Assembly (NCBI RefSeq): GCF_037042905.1
Contig: NC_087245.1
Location: 20,710,001-20,774,000 of the forward strand
Direction: 5' to 3'
Source of the DNA: Lytechinus pictus
Lineage: Eukaryota
DNA length: 64,000 nucleotides
The notes below the pieces were generated by a model. That model did not search any database. It saw nothing but the letters and a program-made list of their open reading frames with translations, and was not told the DNA's origin. Below, in pieces: positions 40,701-50,560 of this stretch. Position 1 is the first letter of the stretch; every line of letters begins with the position of its first letter. Both the position numbers and the translations under genes were made by a program.

Positions 40701-41765
40701 AATTCAAATGCACAACCCTCATAATACAAGGCAAGATTCAGAACCACTACACCATGACGTTTCCTAATATTTGAACATACGACCCTCTGAAAAATTTTGA
40801 AAAATTTTATCTACCTGTCAAACAATTCAGCAGCAACATATCTGGTTTCTGGAGGTTGTTTCATCTGCTCACAAATGATGAATATGCATTCTGTAGAAAA
40901 CATTAAAAACATAATAGCTTTGATGTAATACAATTGATAAAACCTGGGGGCATTTGTAAGGCTGCTCAAAAGGTAAGCATGGCTTTACAAACAAGTGGTG
41001 AACCTTTCTCTTGGTAAATAATAATAAATATACTTAAAATCTTTTATTGCTATTGATCAAATTCTGGAGAAAGCATCACTACTTGTTTACTTAACTTACA
41101 AAATACTTACGAAACGTTCACATGTTTGTTTAGTTTTCCTTTGCATCTGTTAATAATACTAACATAGATGCTCTTGAATTATTCTCCTATGAAATAAATC
41201 CATATATATATATATTTATTTTATCTGTATGTTTAACCATTAAAATAAAAATCAAATAAAATCAATATAAAAACGCCCTTTTCTTTGAGCAATTTTGTTA
41301 ACTTTTTTGCAAACTACTGGTACATATAAAGGTAATTCATTAATGTTTCTGGTCAATGTATGACCAAGGTTGATAGTCAAAAACTACATTTTCATTTTTT
41401 TACATTATTACCATAATTTTTTATTTTCTTATTTTTTATTTTTTTATTAATTTTTTTTTTAGAGCTGGGGGACTTGAATATAAAACAAAGAAAAGATCAT
41501 ACAACTTTATTGAAAGACACTCAATATTAAATGATAAAAGAAATTGAAATTTCTTTCTCTCACCAACTAGAGGGCCACATTTAAATAGACCATACTCTGT
41601 TGAAGCCCTTCGTATTTGTCTATCATTGGATGTTGCTTGTGTGAAAAGCAGCTCCTCTAAAAGATTAACTGATAAACAGCACCCTTTCATGTTGAACACT
41701 GGTTCTGGAGGGGTTCCAAATATCCTGGATGTATCCATTGTTCTACGACTTCGTCTGCTCATCAT
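34622..41765 (-). CDS. CNTD1: Cyclin N-terminal domain-containing protein 1 (CNTD1/COSA-1 family), 7 coding exons, 957 nt, 318 aa
   Basis: join(41765-41564, 40890-40815, 39769-39586, 39244-39082, 37557-37413, 35769-35673, 34711-34622); all introns GT-AG with consistent phases 1,2,0,1,2,0; cyclin-fold motifs RYVAAELFDRFM, VSCVQIASKLCSHY, SELLVMKTLDY, SPLGYIETLLEIMGHN resemble vertebrate CNTD1 from memory. Confidence 0.9.
35673..35769 (-). CDS. CNTD1: CNTD1 coding exon 6 (SKFAPVENDCMLLATANIGAASYFIDMNSTQM)
   Basis: ttttctttcag acceptor, GTAGGT donor; 97 nt. Confidence 0.88.
37413..37557 (-). CDS. CNTD1: CNTD1 coding exon 5 (HNDPDTPVKLLHETCLKILDVVYIKR...PQTR)
   Basis: catgcag acceptor, AG|GTATGG donor; 145 nt. 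Confidence 0.9.
37868..38886. mobile_element. Kolobok-like non-autonomous element in a CNTD1 intron
   Basis: TTAA-GGGCGTTCCACA ... TGTGTAACGTCC-TCAA (imperfect TIR and TSD). Confidence 0.5.
39082..39244 (-). CDS. CNTD1: CNTD1 coding exon 4 (IVTCRRC...SELLVMKTLDYKLHVSSPLGYIETLLEIMG)
   Basis: ttccatcag acceptor, G|GTAAAG donor; 163 nt. Confidence 0.9.
39586..39769 (-). CDS. CNTD1: CNTD1 coding exon 3 (FMRAHIPNL...VSCVQIASKLCSHYS)
   Basis: ttttattgcag acceptor, GTAAGT donor; 184 nt. Confidence 0.9.
39913..40086. repeat. (ATTC)n microsatellite with short internal duplication
   Basis: Repeated cattcattc; tctaggttgaatataat occurs twice. Confidence 0.8.
40560..40760 (-). mobile_element. Decayed tRNA-derived SINE in a CNTD1 intron
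   Basis: Minus strand reads CGTCATGGTGTAGTGGTTCTG ... CCTTTGGCAAGGCGTTGATCCACACTTTGCCACTCT, similar in layout to the other SINEs here. Confidence 0.5.
40815..40890 (-). CDS. CNTD1: CNTD1 coding exon 2 (ECIFIICEQMKQPPETRYVAAELFDR)
   Basis: ttttctacag acceptor, AG|GTAG donor; 76 nt. Confidence 0.9.
41564..41765 (-). CDS. CNTD1: CNTD1 coding exon 1 (MMSRRSRRTMDTSRIFGTPPEPVFN...LFKCGPLV)
   Basis: Acceptor AG at 41791-41790, ATG at 41765, donor G|GTGAGA; 202 nt coding. Confidence 0.85.
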
Positions 41766-42538
41766 TCAAAGCTCATTCTACTAAACTTCCTATCATTAAA
41801 AAGAAACATATCAAAAACAAATATTTCAGCAAACAGATCTACAGCGAGACTTACCTTTAAAATTTTGATAATTTTCTGCTGATATCATTTGCTTGCCACC
41901 CCAAAACCAACAACAATTCTCCAAAACTGAAGTTTGAAATTTCTTATGATGATAAACAATCTGTCAGAATTGATCAACAATTATCCACACAAGTACTTGA
42001 TTGAATGTAGAATAAATTCACCGGGAGCTCAAAAAATAAGGAGAAAACAGGGTTTGAAGTTCAGGGTTCACAACCATTCACTTGAGCTTTTGAGCATGAG
42101 ATGCACGCTACAATCCCAGTGAAAATTCCAAGCATTCCAACAAAAGGTGATACATGTAGGAAAAGAGAAAACTTGGAGATCTAGACTATCTTATATTTCA
42201 GCTTCTAAAGTTTGATAACCAAGAATTACTCTTTCACATTTGCAAATTTGCTCACTTATACTCTTTGAAGACCAAATTACTTTTTTAGCTATTAAGACAG
42301 AGTAGGCCTAACATTCACCCAACATCAGGCCTAACTTTACTTTCCCTGACAACAGCTATAAGTATTAATAGATCTGGATCTATATCTGTTTTGGCCTTTT
42401 GGGTTGGCAAGTCGCTGCAGTCTAACGTTAGTTCAAAGTATCACCAATAGTGGTACTACCTCTTAGTCTAGATTAGTACTAAAGGCTTATGTACGTTAGA
42501 GCTACATACCAGTACTGAGACTGAGTCTGAGAGTATTG

Positions 42539-43142
42539 TAGACAGCTGGCAGCCGTCTGTTTTGAGGAGTTTTTTAACATTTTAAATTTTTTTTAATTTC
42601 TCCTCGTACACAGACGGCTCGCTATCGTGTAGACAGGAATAACCGTAGTTTCTGGGGATTTATTCAACAATTTCTGACATTTTACTGTAATCCCCATTTA
42701 CCAATGTATGGTGAGTGGAGCCAACGTAGTTCAGCGGAACAACCAAAATACAGAGACTGAAGCTTTTGGTCTAGCTATCGTGCAGCCACCATTAGGGGGT
42801 TAACAATGCAAAATCCCCCCGACGGGGCTCATCCATTTTTGTCTTTATGTCATAAAAATATATAAAAGAACTGTACCAAAATAAAGACTTTTATTCGGTT
42901 TTGGCCTGAAATGCACCAAAACGGGGAAAAAATAAACTTAAAAGGGGGGAAAAACAGTGACTTACTTCAGCTGTTGTGCAACTTCACTTCCCTGTTTTAT
43001 CCGAACTTAATAAACATATGGCCATTGAGTCCCTGGCTGTACAGATCGAGCTAGAACTTTGGTCTCTGTATTTGGTAAGTGGAGCCAACGGAGTTCAGCG
43101 GAACAGCCAACATAACAGAGACCGAAGCTTTGTTTTGGTCTA
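42539..43142 (+). mobile_element. TAGAC...GTCTA element copy 1 (AcademH-like, non-autonomous), with nested insertion
   Basis: Collinear with 43396-43844 once 42630-42773 and one TSD copy are removed; its own TSD is not recognisable. Confidence 0.75.
42630..42773 (+). mobile_element. 144-bp TAGAC...GTCTA element nested in copy 1
   Basis: Exact 9-bp TSD gctatcgtg (42621-42629, 42774-42782); 3' end shared with host family; single gctagcgtg at the empty site in copy 2. Confidence 0.85.
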
Positions 43143-43395
43143 AGACTCAGCTCTGCCTCTGGCAGTCTGGGACTGGGTACGGTACGTTCGTTAGTTCTAT
43201 TTCTAATTTTTCATTTTTCTTTTTTTCGGTGGGGAGTGTACCGTACGGTACTACCGGTAAGTCTAAGTAATATCTAATGAAAGTTAGGTCTAACTTTGTT
43301 ATACTTCTGAGCTTTGGCTGGGCTTTTTTTTTTTTTCTGAATGCCCAGAGAGTCCGTGGCCGTGGAAATGGTAACGGTTACTGCACTGTCTGCAG

Positions 43396-43844
43396 TAGAC
43401 AGCTGGCAGCCGTCTGTTTCGAGGAGTTTTTTAACTTTTTTTTTTTTTTTTAAATTTCTCCTCATACACAGACGGCTCGCTAGCGTGCAGCCACCATTAG
43501 GGGACTTGCAATGCAAAATCCCCCCATCGGGGCTCTTCAATTTTTGTCTTTAATGAATAAAAATTTTGAAAATTAACCCGACCAAAATGCAAATTAATAT
43601 TCCCTCTTGGCATTAATTGCCAAAAAACGGAGAAAAATCAAGTTAAAAAGAACAAAAACAGTGACTTACCTCGGCTGTCGCGCAAATTCACTTCCCCGTT
43701 TTATCCGATCTTAAGTACATAAACATATGGCCATTGAGTCCCCTGTACAGATCGCGCTAGAACTTCGGTCTCTGTATTTGGTGAGTGAAGCCAACGGAGT
43801 TCAGCTGAACAACCAACATAACAGAGACCGAAGCTTTTGGTCTA
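43396..43844 (+). mobile_element. TAGAC...GTCTA element copy 2 (449 bp, 9-bp TSD, AcademH-like)
   Basis: tgtctgcag at 43387-43395 and 43845-43853; 5-bp TIR; subterminal hairpins at both ends. Confidence 0.85.
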
Positions 43845-43853
43845 TGTCTGCAG

Positions 43854-44298
43854 TAGACCAAAAGCTTCGGTCTCTGTTATGTTGGTTGTTCAGCTGAACT
43901 CCGTTGGCTTCACTCACCAAATACAGAGACCGAAGTTCTAGCGCGATCTGTACAGGGGACTCAATGGCCATATGTTTATGTACTTAAGATCGGATAAAAC
44001 GGGGAAGTGAATTTGCGCGACAGCCGAGGTAAGTCACTGTTTTTGTTCCTTTTAACTTGATTTTTCTCCGTTTTTGGGCAATTAATGCCAAGAGGGAATA
44101 TTACTTTGCATTTTGGTCGCGTTAATTTTCAAAATTTTTATTCATTAAAGACAAAAATTGAAGAGCCCCGACGGGGGGATTTCGCATTGCAAGTCCCCTA
44201 ATGGTGGCTGCACGCTAGCGAGCCGTCTGTGTACGAGGAGAATAAAAATTAAAAAAATGTTAAAAAACTCCTCGAAACAGACGGCTGCCAGCTGTCTA
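43854..44298 (-). mobile_element. TAGAC...GTCTA element copy 3 (445 bp), inverted relative to copy 2
   Basis: Reverse complement of copy 2; tgtctgcag at 43845-43853 and 44299-44307. Confidence 0.85.
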
Positions 44299-44510
44299 TG
44301 TCTGCAGCATCCCGAAGTGCAAGTACGGTAGTACGTTTCCACTCCGTGACTGTGCCGGGCCCGGGCGGCTACGGCATCGGTAACTGACCGTGGCAGGCTA
44401 CCGCCACTTGTGTTTGATTGCAAAAGTTACCGGTACCAAAGATACCACATCCTGCAAGTGGTTCAAGACACAATAAAAATGAAATATAACTAAAATTTCC
44501 ATACACTCAC

Positions 44511-44700
44511 CAGAGTCGCTTCACTTGCACAAGAGTCTTAAGGTTTCTTGACTTAAGTGTCTTCTTTTGAAATAAACTTAAAGTTCATGACATGTCGACA
44601 TCTTCATGAGATACCGATTAAAATTAATTGATCCATGTCGCGCGCCCTCACCGATCCAAAAGAGCAAGCGTTTAATTGAGCGCTCAGCGCAGGGTACGTA
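44511..44700 (-). promoter_or_regulatory. Probable CNTD1 promoter and non-coding first exon
   Basis: Strong donor CTG|GTGAGT at 44511/44510; CpG-rich unique sequence 44636-44710; the first coding exon has an acceptor, so an upstream exon is needed. TSS not defined. Confidence 0.45.
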
Positions 44701-44734
44701 TACGGTGCGTGGATTATTTTATCCACCTCTATTT

Positions 44735-46015
44735 GGGGCAGATCCATCCAGCTTTCGCTAATGGGGGGGGGGGGCGAAAAAAAATCATCCTTTTTTTTCC
44801 GATCGGCCGTTCAATTTTTGTTCGTTTCTTTGAAGGGGTAGTTCTAACATTCACTTCTTAAATATATTTTTAATTAAAAAAACCCACCATGAATATACAA
44901 TTATGGAAATGTCATGTATTTTTTCCTGAAAATTGAACATCCTGGGCAATGTTTTTGATCCTGAACAAGATGTGTTCTTTACTATATCATTACAGAAATT
45001 TTCAATAAAAGTTATGGCCTGTTGAAAACAGACCTGTTAATGACTGTTTACAATTAGCCATAAAGTCGAAACATATTTCAACAATCAAGGGCGAAAGCGC
45101 GAGCTGAACAATTTTGACATTCCGACCTAAAACTTGACATTCTAAGCACTTTTTGTAATCATGAACAGGATAGGTATATAACTGAACAATGCGCGAGCGG
45201 AAAAATGAGATTTTGATTTGAAAGTGGGACACTCTATTCATGTTTTGTAAGTCATAAAAAGAATGGGTATTTTCCTACATTAATAATGCGCGCGCTGAAA
45301 ATATTTGACATTCCGATCTGAAAAGAGATCAATTTAAGCACTAATTCAAGCTCTGTGTAGGAATTCTGTGAAATGGGTATCGTTCTAACTAAGTAAATGA
45401 TGAGAGCGCGAAGCGCGAGCTGATTATTATTTTGACCTTTTGGGGCACTTTGTCATCACATGAAAATTATGATTTCCTATTCCTTTTCCTATAAGCATGA
45501 GATAAAACTTTTCGATATTTCTTTTTGAAAAAAAGGAACTATATGATTATTAGGAATTCATGAAAACGTTATTATCTTATTCATTAATCTAATAAGCCTA
45601 ATGAGAGCGCGAAATTTGTTATGGTCTGAAAACTGAACATTTCAAGCACTTTCGTAATAATGAAGAGGATGCATGGGTTAATATCTTTTGATAGTTAATG
45701 CGAGCGCAAATCGCGAGCCGAAACTTTTGACAAACTGTCATAAACAGGGGATTTTAAGTAGTTTGTTGTAGAATTACTATAGAGGTATACATTACTCACC
45801 AATCAAAATGCGAGCGCGAAGCGCAAGAGAGAAATTTGTATAGTGACATGAAAGATTTGTTCTTATTTTCCAAGTCTTCCCCTCATCTTATTTTATTTAC
45901 TCGTCTTCCTCCATTTTCCCTTTTCTAGTTTTCCCCTCTTTTCCCTTCTTTCTCATTTTTTTATTGCTCCGCCAATGGGGGGGGGGGGGGCTCGGAGCCC
46001 CTGGATCCGTCTTTG
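44735..46015. mobile_element. hAT-like non-autonomous element, same family as 7254-8803
   Basis: Shares atccagctttcgc-aat-G-run start, ccgatcggccg, ctttgaaggggtagt and GCGCGAAGCGC sub-repeats; ends CCCCTGGATCCGTCTTTG. Confidence 0.7.
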
Positions 46016-46554
46016 TTTGAGCCAATAAAAGTGTGAAGCAGAGTCATACCGATACAATGCATAGATGTGCTTATTTTTATCCACCTCTATGGTATATTCA
46101 TGAAGATGTCTCTATGGTCATGATATAGGCCCGAAATCACAACCGTGGGTTTGGCAAAATCAGTGAATTCGAGCTACTGTGTTTCATCTTCTTGTATTTG
46201 TTTGTGTGTGTGTGTGTGTGTGTTTTTTTTTTTTTGGGGGGGGGTATTTTACGATATTTTTTATTTTATTTTTCATGATATTTTACATATTCAGGTTAGT
46301 TGTTTATAGGCCTATATATATTTTTTAAATTCTTTTCAGTATATCAAACTGCAAATGAAACTGCAAATGGGTGCATCATTAATGATTATCAGGAGAGCAG
46401 CTGTTTATAAATCTTGATCAGATTTACTTCCCAACACCCCCCCCCCCCACTTCCAACCGCAGAGTTTATTGAAGAGGATCTTGTTCCGAATCTCGGGAGT
46501 TCTACAAATCATACTTATCAGATGTGTGATCAGGACTTCATATGTGTTGATCTG

Positions 46555-46862
46555 GGGCCGATTGCACGAAAGGGTCTTTGCAAGAACCGTCTTTCGTGTC
46601 GCCCATTTATTATGATGCGCCATGTGAAACGCATTTTAAATAAATTACCTGCAAACATATTTTATTCATCCGTTAAAGTAAAAAAAATCTTTGTTTATAA
46701 AATGATGTGATCATAAAATCGTATACAAATTGATTTAAATGCTAGCTAACGAATTTAATTTTGTTTATCCCACATTTCAGAAATATCCCGCATACAGCTT
46801 ATCATAAAAGATGGGCGACACGAAAGATGGTCCTTGGAAAGACCCTTTCGTGCAATCGGCTT
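46555..46862. mobile_element. Harbinger/PIF-like MITE
   Basis: ~60-bp TIR gccgattgcacgaaagggtcttt...cgtgtcgcccat / atgggcgacacg...aaagaccctttcgtgcaatcggc; CTG on both sides. Confidence 0.75.
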
Positions 46863-47690
46863 CTGCCCAACACCTGTAATGACAGCGCGAACAGAGCTTT
46901 ACAGGAAGGCTCAATGCAAAGAGATAATCTCTATATGGCTCAATGCCAGTGATCGAAATTCTTATCTGCTGCCATCTTGCATGCAGTTTTATCGCACATT
47001 GATCACCTATACCTGTAGTTTACAGCACGTCAATGACAGAACTTTTATCATCACTTTCATTAATTTGATGTGACTTGAATATTCGATTTATTAATGAGTG
47101 ACATAATTTCAAGGAAGGGTAACTAATAAAAATAATAACAAAATTTGGCAGTTGGTATCTGATTTTCAACGAGAAAGTCATATCAATAAAATCCCTGTTC
47201 TGCTTTATATAACAAGAATGAATAACAAAGTCTATTTTGTATAAAATAATCTTTTATATTTTAGATATTTTCACAACGAACGAAGATGTTTTCATTGAAG
47301 GACTTCCTGCAATTTCAGAAAACAAAGTGATTTATTCTCACTCTGTCGCGAATTCACCCCTCCCCCCCCCCCCCCTCATGCTCAATCATGTTTGCATTCA
47401 GTCTTTTTGTCAACTGTATACAGCGTATACTTTATTCACCACTGGTTATCCTCATGATAATGTTGTTATATTCAAACCATTTTCTCAAACTATTATTGAT
47501 TATTTTATTGTTTGATTGAATAGGGTATATCCCTTTCAACCTCTTGATAGATGCTGGTTGTGGAGGTGATCATTATAAAAGCAAATTTGGGGGGCAACCC
47601 AACATTATCATCTACCATTTTGGTGACAGTGACGGCCTGAATCACGATTTTTTTTTTTCGATTACTTTTTATTTGTGACATAAACTCCTG

Positions 47691-47890
47691 AATTACAGTT
47701 TGGCTGAACATAAATGTTAATATGCGAGCGAGCGAGCAAATTTTCAACAGTTGGAAGACTGGATGGTGATCAAAATCGTGTTTCTTTTTAAATTACAGTT
47801 TGGCTGAACATAAATGTTAATATGCGAGCGAGCGAGCAAATTTTCAACAGTTGGAAGACTGGATGGTGATCAAAATCGTGTTTCTTTTTA
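47691..47890. repeat. Perfect tandem duplication, 2 x 100 bp
   Basis: 47691-47790 is identical to 47791-47890. Confidence 0.95.
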
Positions 47891-48899
47891 AACCAAAAAT
47901 TAGAAAAGGGAGATTAAACAGTCGAAATGTATTCAATAAAAACGCATTTACTCTTTAGTTACTGGTGAGTAGAGAATGCTAAATAAAATGTTATCGTAAT
48001 TTTCACGAATAAGCGTGGCTTACGAAATGGATAATATTGCATCACAGTCCTTAACTTAAGCTTGCAAAAATGTTGAAAATAGCACATTGATGAATGCAAA
48101 TGAAACTGAAAATATTGCTGTATTTCTAAAGTTGAGGGTCAATCCCCCTATCCCCCCCTCTCTGTATACTAGTGTCATCAGTATCTCACTGTAAATTTCT
48201 TTCGAAGTATGGGGTATTTCCTTCCTTGTACAAACTACCCCACTCTTCCAAAAAGGTGCCAGGATAGGATAGGACCGCCACCGCGGCCCTCCTATTCACG
48301 CCGGTGTAAAGAGGATGTATTGATTGGTATAACCATAAAAAGTCATTGGAATCATACAATTCATAAATGACTCACTATAAATAATGCTCTACGTGATGCA
48401 GTGAATTATAACATGTACAAACATGTATACATAAATTAACTTAAACCGTGAATTTAGGAGGATCCATTCACTACCCATTGTTATTGCCATCAACAAATAT
48501 TTCAAGCCAGAATGGCTTGCTCAGATGATGACACAAACATGGAACTATGACGTTTAGCAATAATTTATGATTGTGCAGTCATGTTAATATTATAAAAGGT
48601 TATAGAGAAAAAGGTGTAATGTTGTACATAAGTAATCATACATGTTGTGAAGAAAACTTGACATTTCACTGAAAGTGATTAATACCCCGCCCTATGCATG
48701 CCGTTACCATATCAACACAGTTTCCAACACATTTAGAAATGAATCTTGCATGTCTTAACTCCAAGACTAATATTTGTGCCAACTTCATGGGCACTGCCTA
48801 AAAATGGGGAAGCAGTTTGATCCGCAATTATTTTCCTGGAGTTTTGGCCGTACTTATTATGGTAAAACAAAATTTTGTGACCTTCAAACATGCCTTACT

Positions 48900-50560
48900 A
48901 TCACAATAGAAGATAAAAAATGGGGTATTTTAACATTGAGTTGTTTTCCCAAAATAATGAACACGTTTTATTTCTTCATAACTATGCATTCATTTGGATA
49001 TCATCCTCACATAGTTAAACCGACCATAATTATTGATGGTCATTCATCAACACATATCGATAATATTGTTTTTCAAATAAGAATATAAATACTTCCAGCA
49101 GATTAATAATATCCGATATATCTGATCATTTACCGTTTTTTTCTATGATGCGATAATGATATAAAAGACACCTAAATCGACAAAGTATGAGAAAATGTCA
49201 CAATAATTATTGGATCGGGTAAATGTGATCTAACTATTGAAGAGTGGCTGGGTTTATGAATGAGACTATAATTCATATTACATACTCAAATTTAACAATA
49301 TACGAGAAACTTTTTTCCTATGTTGTCATCTAACAAAAAGGAATAATGCAATGGATTACTAAAATTATTATACGATCCATGCTCACCAGAAATAAATTAT
49401 ACAAAGCATTTTTGAAGAACTACCCTTCTTTATAAACATAAATATAAAAGTTATAGAAATAGACTACTAGTGTAACTAATGTAATTCGAGCTGTTCACAA
49501 GACAAAGTCAAAATATTACCCGAAGATAATTTCAATTCAATTCAATTTATTGACAATTAAAAAACATAAATATATTTACAAAAATAACATGATACAAACA
49601 ATAATACAAAATTTCACAGTTCATGATGTTGCAAGTAATTCAGAAGATGTAGCTTTACCTTTAATTCTTTTTTTTTGTTAACACAGAGCCCTCTTTGGCA
49701 AACAAACTGTACTGACCAAATACAAAAAATTGTAAAATTTCTTCCCGCACCCACATATTTTTCTTTATCCCTTCAAATGAACAAAATTAATGTTCAGGAA
49801 CTAATTGAAATAACAATAGATCTCAAATCAAGCAAATCATGCACTGTGGTATGATAGAATCAGTGATTTCCTTTTTTAGAAAGATCATACATTCTCTCCT
49901 TTGTGTCATATTTTGTACCTGTCAACATGGTCAATCACCGGTAAATGTCCCGATTCTCTAAAAATTGCAAGAGTAAATCCCGCTTTCAAAAAAAAAGACA
50001 ATCCGCATGAAATATCCCGTCCTATTTCTATTCTACCTAGCATAGTCATAATATCATAGAGAAGATTATTTACAACAGACTTCCTATAGTTCCTCCATAC
50101 TTTTCGTTTCAAAATTCAAATCAATATGGATTAAGGAAAGGACATTCAACCGACCATGCTTTAATACAAATATACGATAAAATTACAAATGCAATGGCAA
50201 ATAAAGAACAGTATTCATGGACTTACGCAAAGCCATTATTACTCTCGAACACCAGATTTTACTTTAGAGCTTGAAAACTATATGGAATTCGAGCAATTAC
50301 ACTTTCATGGTTTGGAGGTCATTTGTCTAATGTAGAAAACAATATGTAATTTACAATAATATTTCTTCTAAGTTTCAGTCAATAAGTGCAGAGTTCCACA
50401 ACGATCAAACCTATATAGAGGGCCTTTGTTTTTCCTAATTCATACTAATAATTTTACTACTGTAACGCCTTTTTTATTATGTGTATTATTTGCAGATGAC
50501 ACAAACATTTTTGTTCACACAAAAGCTGAGAAACTTTAGTAGATACGTAAATCGTGAATT
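48900..50560 (+). pseudogene. Decayed CR1/L2-group LINE ORF2 (AP endonuclease plus reverse transcriptase)
   Basis: Frameshifted motifs in order: HPHIVKPT..SSTHIDNI, SDHLP, WITK, FFVNTEPSLANKL, KIARV.P.FKK, RPISILP, QYG.RKGHSTDHALI, YGIR, LFADDT. Confidence 0.8.

Noticed and set aside
41436..41765. 109-aa single-exon ORF
   Set aside because: It is CNTD1 coding exon 1 read past its donor into the intron
43274..44423. Similar ORFs containing HRRLASVQPPLGDLQC
   Set aside because: Translations of the two inverted transposon copies; no transposase motifs
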